From an uncultured beta proteobacterium (GTDB lineage Bacteria > Pseudomonadota > Gammaproteobacteria > Burkholderiales > Gallionellaceae), in the NCBI GenBank assembly GCA_942490555.1, contig CALNXP010000025.1, positions 55,518 to 79,517 of the forward strand: 24,000 bases of DNA. Direction: 5' to 3'. Made by a program: the position numbers and the translations under genes. This document shows, piece by piece, positions 16,050 through 24,000 of this stretch (positions are counted from its first letter, which is position 1; the number at the start of each line of letters is the position of its first letter). The notes beneath the pieces are model-generated. The model was not told where the DNA came from. It saw only the letters and a program-made list of their open reading frames with translations, and searched no databases.

Positions 16050-17697
16050 TGTAGCACAAGCGGTGGTGGTTGAAAAAAAAGGGAGCCCCTTGATCTGGTT
16101 AATTCCGTTGATCGCCCTGGTAATTACCTGTTGGTTTGGATATAAATCAATCTATGACAAAGGCCCAGAGGTCACCATTATTTTTGATAGTGGCGAGGGA
16201 ATTGAAGCTAATAAAACTAAGATCCGCTATAAAGAAGTCGATATTGGCCTGGTTAAGAAAGTCAAACTGAGCGACGACCTGACTAAGGTGGTTGTGCGCG
16301 TTCAATTTGTCAAAGGCGCCGAAAAATACCTCAAAGAAAAAACGCGCTTCTGGATTGTTAAAGCGCGGGTAGGCGCAGGAGAAGTCTCCGGTCTGGATAC
16401 TTTACTTTCGGGCGTTTATATTGGTATAGACCCCGTGCAAGAAGGTGACAGAGCCAAGCGTTTTAATGGGTTAAGCAAAGCGCCGGTCGTGCGCTCCGAC
16501 ACACAAGGCCGGCATTATGTGCTGCGCGCACAGACATTGGGTTCTTTGGATCTAGGTGCATCCGTTTTTTTTCGTAAAATAAAAGTAGGCCATGTGGTTG
16601 GCTATGAGCTTTCAAATGATAATCAGCATGTAGATATTCAGATTTTTGTGCGCGCCCCGTTTCATAACCTGATTGCCAACAATACCCGCTTTTGGGATAT
16701 TAGTGGGCTGGAGATGAGTTTGGATGCCAATGGCTTTCAGCTAAGTACCGAATCGGCTACCACCATGTTTATGGGAGGCATTGCTTTTGATACCCCCATG
16801 AGCCTGGAAAAAGATACTCAAGCCGAGGAATATGCGGTTTTTGAATTTTATGAAAACCACAAAGCCGCGAAAGTAAAACGTTATGCTAAGAAACGCTATT
16901 ATGTTTTGTACTTCAATGACTCGGTGCGGGGATTATCACCGGGGGCACCCGTCACATTTCGGGGCTTAGAGCTGGGACGGGTCATTGATGTGCGTATTGA
17001 GTTTGACCCGAACAAACTGAATGTGCGCATCCCGGTACTGATTGAAGTAGAGCCTGAACGCTTTAATATCGTCAGCTTTGACACACAACAAGCGCAAGAG
17101 ACGTTGGTTGGCATGCAAGATGTTATCGATGCTCTGGTTCAAAAAGGCCTTCGTGCCCAGTTGGCGACGGGTAATCTGTTAACCGGGCAGTTAGTCATAG
17201 ATTTTGATTTCCACAAAGATGTGACCTTAGCTCAAATCGAGATGAGCGGTCAGTATCCGGTGTTACCCACGGTTGCCAATCAGTTTGGCACCATGACGGC
17301 CGGCATTAATAAAGCCATTGATAAAATCAACTCACTGCCTTTAGATGAAATTAGTCAAGATATTCGCAGCCTGATGGCAAGTTTAAACCAAGTCGCAAGT
17401 GACCCTGAGATTGCGCGTGTTGGCAGCACAATCAATGAGTTATTGTCGACCATTGATACATTAACCAACAACATGAACCAAGAGACGATTCCGGCCTTAA
17501 ATACGGCCTTGCTTAATGCAACAGGCACCTTAAATTCCGTACAGGCAATGATGGGGCCTGATGCACCTATGGAAACGGAATTAAGACGTTTAATGGTAGA
17601 AGTTGCCGAGGCCGCGCGTGCCGTGAAATCGGCAGCCGATTATATTGAAAGGCATCCTGAATCAATACTGCATGGTAAAGGGAGTGAGAATAAATGA
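16042..17697 (+). CDS. pqiB: PqiB-family multi-MCE-domain envelope-spanning protein
   Basis: 551 aa. It has an N-terminal TM helix (LIWLIPLIALVITCWFGY) followed by GPEVTIIFDSGEGIEANKTKIRYKEVDIGLVKKVKL, which resembles the first MCE domain of E. coli PqiB. The C-terminus is helical. Its start overlaps the pqiA stop (ATGAATGA). Confidence 0.9.
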   Translation: MNDVAQAVVVEKKGSPLIWLIPLIALVITCWFGYKSIYDKGPEVTIIFDSGEGIEANKTKIRYKEVDIGLVKKVKLSDDLTKVVVRVQFVKGAEKYLKEKTRFWIVKARVGAGEVSGLDTLLSGVYIGIDPVQEGDRAKRFNGLSKAPVVRSDTQGRHYVLRAQTLGSLDLGASVFFRKIKVGHVVGYELSNDNQHVDIQIFVRAPFHNLIANNTRFWDISGLEMSLDANGFQLSTESATTMFMGGIAFDTPMSLEKDTQAEEYAVFEFYENHKAAKVKRYAKKRYYVLYFNDSVRGLSPGAPVTFRGLELGRVIDVRIEFDPNKLNVRIPVLIEVEPERFNIVSFDTQQAQETLVGMQDVIDALVQKGLRAQLATGNLLTGQLVIDFDFHKDVTLAQIEMSGQYPVLPTVANQFGTMTAGINKAIDKINSLPLDEISQDIRSLMASLNQVASDPEIARVGSTINELLSTIDTLTNNMNQETIPALNTALLNATGTLNSVQAMMGPDAPMETELRRLMVEVAEAARAVKSAADYIERHPESILHGKGSENK

Positions 17698-18296
17698 GAT
17701 TACGTTCGTTATCATTAATGCTGGTGTTGGCTTTAAGCGTAGCCGCATGCACGAATAACAGCCAAAAAGTCAGTTACTACACCATGCAAGCCACAGCCAG
17801 CGCGCCGATAAATAACGTTGAAACATCCGCGTTAGCGATGGTTATTGGGCCTGTAGAATTCCCAAGCTATTTGAAACGTAAGCAAATGGTTAGCCGAGAA
17901 AACAATCAACTGTTTATTGATGATTTCCATCGTTGGGGGGCCTCTTTTGAAGATACCGTGATACGCACCCTGGGGGAGAATATGAGTATTCTGTTAAATA
18001 CACCACGTATTGTTATTCATCCCAATTCACCTCGCTACGACATAGATTACCGTATTGTGCTAGATATTTTACGTTTTGAAGGCGCCCGCGCTGGGGATAT
18101 CGAACTCCACGCTCGCTGGACCTTAATCGACGGACGCACCCGAAAAACGTTACATGTAGAACAAACCCAGCTTAAAGAAACCGTTGCCAATAACGAATAC
18201 ACCGCCATGGTCGATGCTCACAATGCCTTGCTACTGGCATTAAGCATGGAGATGGCAGCAAAGATTAAGCAATCCGGCCTAAATATCACCCCTTAA
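17694..18296 (+). CDS. pqiC: PqiC/YmbA-family outer-membrane lipoprotein (ABC-type transport auxiliary component)
   Basis: 200 aa with the lipobox LALSVAAC. The ATGA overlap with pqiB and the size and position match the pqiABC operon. Confidence 0.85.
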   Translation: MRLRSLSLMLVLALSVAACTNNSQKVSYYTMQATASAPINNVETSALAMVIGPVEFPSYLKRKQMVSRENNQLFIDDFHRWGASFEDTVIRTLGENMSILLNTPRIVIHPNSPRYDIDYRIVLDILRFEGARAGDIELHARWTLIDGRTRKTLHVEQTQLKETVANNEYTAMVDAHNALLLALSMEMAAKIKQSGLNITP

Positions 18297-18468
18297 CGCA
18301 AAAGCAGCCCCTCTTCAGCCAATAGAACTCAGTGAAACGCTGTGCTAATAACATCAAGCGTTTATCCAGGCTCCATAACTGCGTTGCCGGTGTGAGCAGC
18401 GTGGATGCCACGCAGTGAGAATCCACCAGACCACACCCGAGTCCATAGATCCAGCGGGCTGATTTAAC

Positions 18469-18927
18469 TCAGACCTTCACTAATGCTATTCCCTTATCGC
18501 TGATGGTGATTTTTCCTTGCTTATACAGGCTACCGATGGCTTGTTTGAATACCTTTTTGCTGACCTGGAACGCATCTCTGATCGCTTCCGGGTCGCTTTT
18601 ATCATTAAAGCTGGATTGCCCACCGGCAGCCTTAAGATAGGCCAGAACTTTTCCGGCCGTTAACAGCACATGGTCTGCGGGATTAGGACGCAACGAGACA
18701 TCAATTTTGCCATCGTCTCGCACACACTGAATATAGGCTTTGAACTGTTGGCCCTCACAATAATCCTCATAAATCTGTTCGTGATACACCAGACCGATAT
18801 ATTGCGCATTAATCGCCACCTTCATTCCCAGGTCGGTAAAGGCATAGACTTCCACCTCGACTTCCTGCCATTGTTCAAACACACCCGGCTCAACGGTCTC
18901 TTCTAAATTTGCATCATAGCTTTTCAT
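18469..18927 (-). CDS. S1-domain plus winged-helix RNA-binding protein (short CvfB/YitL-like)
   Basis: 152 aa. An S1-like barrel ends in DGKIDVSLRP. The C-terminus, VLAYLKAAGGQSSFNDKSDPEAIRDAFQVSKKVFKQAIGSLYKQGKI, matches the CvfB C-terminal wHTH pattern. Confidence 0.7.
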   Translation of the reverse strand: MKSYDANLEETVEPGVFEQWQEVEVEVYAFTDLGMKVAINAQYIGLVYHEQIYEDYCEGQQFKAYIQCVRDDGKIDVSLRPNPADHVLLTAGKVLAYLKAAGGQSSFNDKSDPEAIRDAFQVSKKVFKQAIGSLYKQGKITISDKGIALVKV

Positions 18928-19048
18928 TTTTTATCCTCATCATCTGTTTTTTAACGGCCCAAGGGACGTTATATTATTCATGGCTATCGCCTTGTGTCAC
19001 TCATCTATTATCTGAGACATCCCCTATAGCGTCAAAACCCAAGCGCGA

Positions 19049-19738
19049 TTAATAGGGGGTAAATTTTAAAACGACTTTTCCAATAATATGACCAACCGGC
19101 AACATGCCCCAGCTACGGCTATCCTGACTGTTATCCCGGTTATCACCCATCACAAACACATGCCCTGCCGGTACCACCACACTCCCCTGAAAAGCCGCAT
19201 GCTGAGTTAAATACCGAATTAAATACGCTTCCTCATCCAGTTGTTCAAGATAAACTTTGCTCTGCGCATTTTGATACTGCAACTCCCGCGTGAGTTGCCG
19301 CTGGTTAAGTAACAATTGCGTTTGTTGATAGCTCAACACATCCCCCGGCAACGCAATAATACGTTTGGCAAAGATATACTCTGGCCGTTTAGGTGAATTA
19401 AAAATAATCACCTCTCCTCGCAATAGCGGCTGGGATAAGGGAGTTTTCAGCAATGACATGCCATAAGCCTGATAATTGCCATAACCATATTTTTGCGCCA
19501 CCACAATATCACCGGGCTTATAGTTTGGATACATCGATAAGGAAGGAATACGGAACGGCTCATTTGATAAATAAGCCAACGCCATTCCCGGCCGGGCAAG
19601 ATACAACCAGCCCAACACCTGGGTACACAGGCTTAACACTACCGCCCAATATTTATTCGGTGCCCAATGACGCATCGTTTTCATCATCTCAACATTTTCC
19701 ACGCCAGAACATAACCACCAGCAACAAACGTAGCCCAT
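19049..19738 (-). CDS. lepB: signal peptidase I (S26 family)
   Basis: The catalytic Ser box is FRIPSLSMYP, the Lys box is AKRIIALPGD, and box E is GDNRDNSQDSRSWG. The true start is probably an internal ATG (MMKTMRH, about 19687), because the first 17 codons look non-native. Confidence 0.85.
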   Translation of the reverse strand: MGYVCCWWLCSGVENVEMMKTMRHWAPNKYWAVVLSLCTQVLGWLYLARPGMALAYLSNEPFRIPSLSMYPNYKPGDIVVAQKYGYGNYQAYGMSLLKTPLSQPLLRGEVIIFNSPKRPEYIFAKRIIALPGDVLSYQQTQLLLNQRQLTRELQYQNAQSKVYLEQLDEEAYLIRYLTQHAAFQGSVVVPAGHVFVMGDNRDNSQDSRSWGMLPVGHIIGKVVLKFTPY

Positions 19739-19977
19739 GACGCTAAAGGGTAACAGAATCGTGATTAGGATTATGCGGTTTTAAGCACTCGCCACATCAA
19801 AGTATGGCAACCTGGGGGACAATCGCCGCAACATCGGACCGGTCACGCGGGATTTCAGCGCTTATGTCTGTTATTGACGCATCCGTTATTCAGCTTGACG
19901 ACAGCCTTTGGTAAACTTTTGTCCCTGCCCTGCGTTAAAACACTGTTTTGCTTAATTTTGCGTTAACTGGAGAAATT

Positions 19978-20820
19978 ATGAAATCACGTTACCCTCGTTA
20001 TCTTTCACATTCCCTTTTAGGTGGTGTGCTGGTGATATCACTGGCGGGTTGTGTCACCAATCCGAGTCGGCAACCGGCCGATGGTGTCTCGGCCGGCAAT
20101 GCCTCGGCCTGGGGAGCGCTGGTGCCTGCCGCGCAGTTAGAGCAACAGGCAGCACAGCAATATGCGGCACTGAAAAAAGATGTCGCCAAAAAAGACAAAT
20201 TACTGCCCGCCAACCATGCCCAGGTCAAACGTCTGCGTCGTATCTCGAAAAAAATTATCCCCCAGGTCACACGCTGGAATCAAAGTGCCGCTAACTGGCA
20301 ATGGGAGGTCAACCTGATTGATGCACCGGAAGTTAACGCATTTTGTATGCCCGGAGGCAAGATCGCCTTTTTTACCGGCATTCTCGAAAAGCTGAATTTA
20401 ACCGATGATGAAGTCGCTATGGTCATGGGCCATGAAATCGCCCATGCCTTACGTGAACATGCCCGCAAACAGGCCGGTCAGGGTACCGCGATGAATATCG
20501 GTATGGCCATCACCTCGCAGGTACTTGAACTGGGACAGACCACACAACAATTAATGGGCACCGGTGCCAAGCTGACCATGCTGAAATTCTCGCGTGATGA
20601 TGAGAATGATGCCGATCTGGTGGGTATGGATATCGCCGCCCGTGCCGGTTATGATCCACGCGCCAGTATCACGCTATGGCAAAAAATGATGAAAGCCGGT
20701 GGCGGCGCCCCCCCGGAATGGCTGTCTACCCACCCCTCCGGCAGCAAACGTATCAGCAAACTGCAAAAACATCTGCCGGAAGCCATGCCGTTATATGAAA
20801 AAGCTAAAAAATCCCGGTAG
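19978..20820 (+). CDS. M48-family zinc metallopeptidase lipoprotein (LoiP/YcaL-like)
   Basis: HEIAHALREH (HExxH) with the downstream ENDADLVG motif. The signal peptide carries the lipobox ISLAGC. An RBS (ctggagaaattATG) precedes 19978. The longest ORF begins at TTG 19948. Confidence 0.85.
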   Translation: MKSRYPRYLSHSLLGGVLVISLAGCVTNPSRQPADGVSAGNASAWGALVPAAQLEQQAAQQYAALKKDVAKKDKLLPANHAQVKRLRRISKKIIPQVTRWNQSAANWQWEVNLIDAPEVNAFCMPGGKIAFFTGILEKLNLTDDEVAMVMGHEIAHALREHARKQAGQGTAMNIGMAITSQVLELGQTTQQLMGTGAKLTMLKFSRDDENDADLVGMDIAARAGYDPRASITLWQKMMKAGGGAPPEWLSTHPSGSKRISKLQKHLPEAMPLYEKAKKSR

Positions 20821-20927
20821 CGTGTAGCGTAGCGTGAGAACCCACCCCTATCCAGGGTAAATTCCACGCTGCATATGCCTGCTATTTAAAAAACGGTGCA
20901 CGCAGCGCGCCTTTGACCTTCAATGTT

Positions 20928-21045
20928 GTAGGGTGCATTCCATGCACCGATAACATTACTAATCCTGACTCTAGGCTTGGGAAGGTTGCGCTTTAGATAT
21001 CATAGGCATGGTGATGTCTTTTGGATCGGTGCGCGGAGTGCAACC
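20928..21045. repeat. REP-containing intergenic region (one intact GTAGGGTGCA unit plus degenerate partner)
   Basis: gtagggtgcattccatgcacc (20928-20948) is an intact unit. ggtgcgcggagtgcaacc (21028-21045) is a degenerate inverted partner. The upstream stretch 20815-20850 resembles the left part of the MITE at 4996-5153. Confidence 0.5.
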
Positions 21046-21076
21046 GAGGATTCGGCAGTTTTTCAGGTGCTGGGCG

Positions 21077-21643
21077 TTAGCCTGGGCAGGTGTCTCCTAC
21101 CCGGTATTCGCCCAGAATCAAGGCGGGCGTAATTTCGCAGGCATTCAGTTCATCGCTGATCATAATGCTGCCATCCTGAATAGTGCAATGCCAGCGCATG
21201 GTACGGCGGACATGATCGGCCAGTTCGGCAATCTGGGACGATTGCAACGACCAGACCGTCACCTTCTGTAATCGTCTTAATTTATCCTGCGATTGGCGCC
21301 ACCATTGGTCCATACCGGCACCATAGCTCAAGATCACCACCTGCTCCGCTTTACTGCAGGCCTTGCGCACCTGTTTTTCATCGGGCTGGCCGATAATCAT
21401 CCAGCACTCGATATCGCCCGCATAGTTTTTTGCCACTAAATCCGGCTCATCATGCATACATAAGCCTTTACCAAAGCCAAGCTGGTCATCGGCATACAGA
21501 ATAAACCCCAATAACCTGACAATCATACGCTCATCCGTCTCGGAGGGATGACGTGCCACGGTTAAGTGGTATTCGGCAAAATAATGCCGGTCCAGATCGG
21601 CAATATTTAAAAACGCCTTAAAAATGGTTGCATTGGCACTCAT
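21077..21643 (-). CDS. yaeQ: YaeQ-family protein (PD-(D/E)xK nuclease-like fold)
   Basis: 188 aa. ATIFKAFLNIADLDRHYFAEYHLTVARHPSETDERMIVRLLGFILYA matches the conserved YaeQ N-terminus. Confidence 0.85.
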   Translation of the reverse strand: MSANATIFKAFLNIADLDRHYFAEYHLTVARHPSETDERMIVRLLGFILYADDQLGFGKGLCMHDEPDLVAKNYAGDIECWMIIGQPDEKQVRKACSKAEQVVILSYGAGMDQWWRQSQDKLRRLQKVTVWSLQSSQIAELADHVRRTMRWHCTIQDGSIMISDELNACEITPALILGEYRVGDTCPG

Positions 21644-21805
21644 GGTTATAGATAAACTAGTACAAAAGTTATATATATTATTATCGGTAATTTCGCGAAT
21701 TTATTGAGTGTTTTATCAAAAAAATTTCGGTGACAGATTTTAGTCAACTCGTAATTATCGCATGATATTTTTGGCGCTGGTAACAAAATATCCCGACCAA
21801 ACGCA

Positions 21806-21828
21806 TTCACCCGGCCAGGCCGGGTGAA
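21806..21828 (-). terminator. strong GC hairpin between the P450 operon and yaeQ (possible terminator, weak U-tract)
   Basis: ttcacccggc (21806-21815) and gccgggtgaa (21819-21828) form a perfect 10-bp stem with a 3-nt loop. On the minus strand only tgcgtttgg follows, so the terminator call is tentative. Confidence 0.3.
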
Positions 21829-21870
21829 CATGTGCTGCATAAAATACCGTCAAGTTGAAATTTCTAGTGC

Positions 21871-21961
21871 TCCATCAAAGCCAAAGCTATGGTTAGCAGT
21901 CGCAGGTCCGCTTTAGTCGAAGCGTCCATTTTGCGACTGAAGTCGCACCTACGCCTTAAAA
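21871..21961 (+). repeat. copy 3 of the ~91 bp intergenic repeat family
   Basis: The sequence tccatcaaagccaaagctatggttagcagtcgcaggtccgctttagtcgaagcgtccattttgcgactgaagtcgcacctacgccttaaaa is colinear with 7450-7540. Confidence 0.8.
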
Positions 21962-21996
21962 CCCTCCCCCCACGTTAAGTGGTTGATGGCAGAGCA

Positions 21997-22103
21997 GTGC
22001 CAAACCGTGAACATTTCAACCCCATAGCAGGGGGCATTCCATGCACCGCATGCTTACCCATTTAGAGGTGGGGCTGGGATGAATACTGGTAATGTTTAGC
22101 ACT
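21997..22103. mobile_element. shorter, degenerate copy of the MITE-like element
   Basis: gtgccaaaccgtgaacatttcaaccccatagcagggggcattccatgcaccgcatgcttacccatttagaggtgg...gatgaatactggtaatgtttagcact aligns with 4996-5153. It has the same right end (atgtttagcact), internal deletions, and GTAG degraded to GCAG. It abuts the P450 stop codon. Confidence 0.5.
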
Positions 22104-23346
22104 AGCTCGTCAGATTCAACAAATAGCGCTCAGGAAACGGTCCATGCTGATAGTCAATACCCTGGCTGGCCGACAACTGAGGACAACGCAAGGTCTGGCG
22201 CACCATTTCTGGAATCATCGCCATACCCACATATTTGCCCAGACATTCATGTAAACCAAAGCCAAACTGAAAACCGTCTTCCGCCGAGCGTTGCGGGTTA
22301 AAGCTTTCGGCATCGGGATAACGCAGCGGATCAAACATCGCCGATAAGGTCAGTGGCAGTACCAGGGTACCGTCACGGATTTCGGTCTGGTATTTAGTCC
22401 CACGCCCCAGGGTATAACTGCCTGCCGTTTTGCGGAATAAATACGGACTAATCGGATCAAAGCGTAATGCCTCCCAGACTACTGCATCAAACGCAGTCGT
22501 ATCGTCAATACACTGCCTGGCCATATCCATTGCATCGGCATGGCGTAACAGATACTGCACTATCTGCGCCACCGCCTGTGAGGTCGTTTCAATCGTGCCA
22601 ATCAACAATCCCCCAATATTCAACACCAGACGCTCCATACTTATCCCTACGGCCGGGTCAAACTGGGTACGCAGCAACCGCGCGACCACATCGGTTGCCG
22701 TATCTCCGGCCTGTAATTCCGGAATACGGCGCTGCACCAGCTGCGTCAGGTAAGTTGCCATTTGCTGCGCAGATTGCTGTGCTTGCTGATGTATGGCGGC
22801 ACTGTCCGCGCGCAGGTTAAACGGCTGATTATGAAAGGTATCCAGTTGAGCATGGTAAGACCAGTCAATCAGCTGGCGCACATCATTGCCGTTCAAGCCA
22901 AAATATTTCTGTACCAGCTTGCCCGGTATTAGGCGACAAAAGTCATTAACATACTCAATCTGATTACCCGCCGCGGCTAAGGCTTCGGCCGCATCGTCTG
23001 CCACCATCTGCCGAATTGCCGGCAAATCATCGCGGTTCAGCATGCTGCGCATCATCGCTTTTTCACGAAAATGCTGCGGCGTATCATCCTGGGCCAGCAT
23101 ATAGTCCCCCATTTTTGGCTGATATAACTGTACCGTAAACACCGATGGATTCTGTAATACATTCACCACATCGTTATAACCAGCCACCAAGGTACACACC
23201 GATGTTTCCAGTATTGGGCGCTCGGCGCGCAGCTCCGCAAAAAACTCGCGCGGTGAATCATCCATCCATTGCCTGATCAATGGAAACTTGTCCTGCTCGG
23301 CCGCCTTATCCAGCTGCTTTAAAAAGCGCATTTCTCCGTATCCCAT
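22102..23346 (-). CDS. cytochrome P450
   Basis: 414 aa. The heme-thiolate loop is FGFGLHECLG (FxxGxxxCxG), the I-helix is GLLIGTIETTSQA, and the K-helix ExxR is EALR. Its ATG overlaps the stop of the upstream gene (TAATG). Confidence 0.9.
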   Translation of the reverse strand: MGYGEMRFLKQLDKAAEQDKFPLIRQWMDDSPREFFAELRAERPILETSVCTLVAGYNDVVNVLQNPSVFTVQLYQPKMGDYMLAQDDTPQHFREKAMMRSMLNRDDLPAIRQMVADDAAEALAAAGNQIEYVNDFCRLIPGKLVQKYFGLNGNDVRQLIDWSYHAQLDTFHNQPFNLRADSAAIHQQAQQSAQQMATYLTQLVQRRIPELQAGDTATDVVARLLRTQFDPAVGISMERLVLNIGGLLIGTIETTSQAVAQIVQYLLRHADAMDMARQCIDDTTAFDAVVWEALRFDPISPYLFRKTAGSYTLGRGTKYQTEIRDGTLVLPLTLSAMFDPLRYPDAESFNPQRSAEDGFQFGFGLHECLGKYVGMAMIPEMVRQTLRCPQLSASQGIDYQHGPFPERYLLNLTS

Positions 23347-24000
23347 TAGTTCTTCTCCACAAAACGCATTGGATCTTTCAAATAGGCAATCAATGCCATT
23401 TTTTCATCGTGCTTTAACCCTTTTCGCGGGTAGATATGGCCCTGGTTACTGTTGCCTGGCAAACGGGTATCAAAACGGAACAGACCCGGCTGCCTGGTCG
23501 CAACAAAGCCCAGGCGTTCGGTGTCCAGTTCACGGTTACCCACCCAGAAAACCTCGGTGCGCTGCTCCGGCACAGATAGCAATTCATAGATGTTAGGCAC
23601 CGAACCATTATGCAGATATGGTGCCGTTGCCCAGATACCCAGCAATGGGCCGGCTTTCAAGTTATCCACGCCATCTGGCGAATACGGTTTGGGCGCTTCT
23701 CCGGCTTTTGCCGGATAAAAGCGATAATCAGAATAGGCCATCTTCTGCTCCAGCGTCAGCCCCATATCGGTCATGCCTTTTTGTACCACGGCCCCTACCG
23801 TACCCAGGAAGAACTCGACACCACTGACCACTTCGCGGCCATCAAATAAGAGGTCACTTAAGTCACCGGTCTTGGCAAGCCGCGTGGTCAGGTTTTCGAC
23901 ATATAACGGATCGGTACCCACCTGCTGATAGTTAATACGCCCTACTTCGATAAACTGCTTACCGATAATATTCTGCTCCTTGGGCGTCATATCAAACGGC
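23346..24000 (-). CDS. partial gene: C-terminal part of a di-heme cytochrome c peroxidase / RoxA-like protein (5' end outside window)
   Basis: The frame stays open to the window edge. The motif LKAGPLLGIWATAPYLHNGSVPNIYELL resembles the conserved (L)R..a.TAPY.H.GS..tL segment of the CCP/MauG superfamily. GNSNQGH lies near the C-terminus. No CxxCH motif falls in the visible part, so the assignment is tentative. Confidence 0.45.
   Translation of the reverse strand, partial: PFDMTPKEQNIIGKQFIEVGRINYQQVGTDPLYVENLTTRLAKTGDLSDLLFDGREVVSGVEFFLGTVGAVVQKGMTDMGLTLEQKMAYSDYRFYPAKAGEAPKPYSPDGVDNLKAGPLLGIWATAPYLHNGSVPNIYELLSVPEQRTEVFWVGNRELDTERLGFVATRQPGLFRFDTRLPGNSNQGHIYPRKGLKHDEKMALIAYLKDPMRFVEKN

Noticed and set aside
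1-24000. A CRISPR array, tRNA, rRNA or integrase-bounded prophage.
   Set aside because: There are no regularly spaced short repeats with unique spacers, because the REP units are irregular and palindromic. I noticed no tRNA-like or rRNA-like sequence, and no integrase or phage structural genes.

Overview
The window looks like gammaproteobacterial chromosome. GC-rich core genes flank a visibly AT-richer accessory patch at about 8.4-14.7 kb.

Core genes, in order:
- a small wHTH regulator
- an overlapping pair on the minus strand: a SEDS (FtsW/RodA-like) membrane protein with a long N-terminal extension, and a class-B PBP-like transpeptidase
- a CopA-type Cu P-type ATPase
- a TatD-family hydrolase
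- a pqiA(split)-pqiB-pqiC MCE-type envelope transport operon
- an S1/CvfB-like RNA-binding protein
- signal peptidase I
- an M48 lipoprotein peptidase
- YaeQ
- a cytochrome P450 whose start overlaps the stop of a partial CCP/RoxA-like gene that runs off the window

The accessory patch contains:
- a decayed XRE-type HTH gene
- a SymE-family toxin gene with a clean terminator
- two paralogous membrane-anchored hypothetical proteins
- a truncated glycosyltransferase
- an HExxH metallopeptidase-like ORF
- a ~1.2 kb direct repeat in two copies. Each copy carries the same broken ~235-aa gene (shared in-frame TAG plus poly-G frameshift), a REP doublet and a transposase N-terminal fragment.

Intergenic regions hold several short repeat families: GTAG-headed REP hairpins, a ~91 bp element in three copies, and a MITE-like element with terminal inverted repeats in two copies. 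No CRISPR array, tRNA or rRNA was seen.

The best candidates for something undescribed are the atypical SEDS-PBP pair and the possible effector/immunity cassette bracketed by the 1.2 kb repeats. Neither can be assigned a function from sequence alone.
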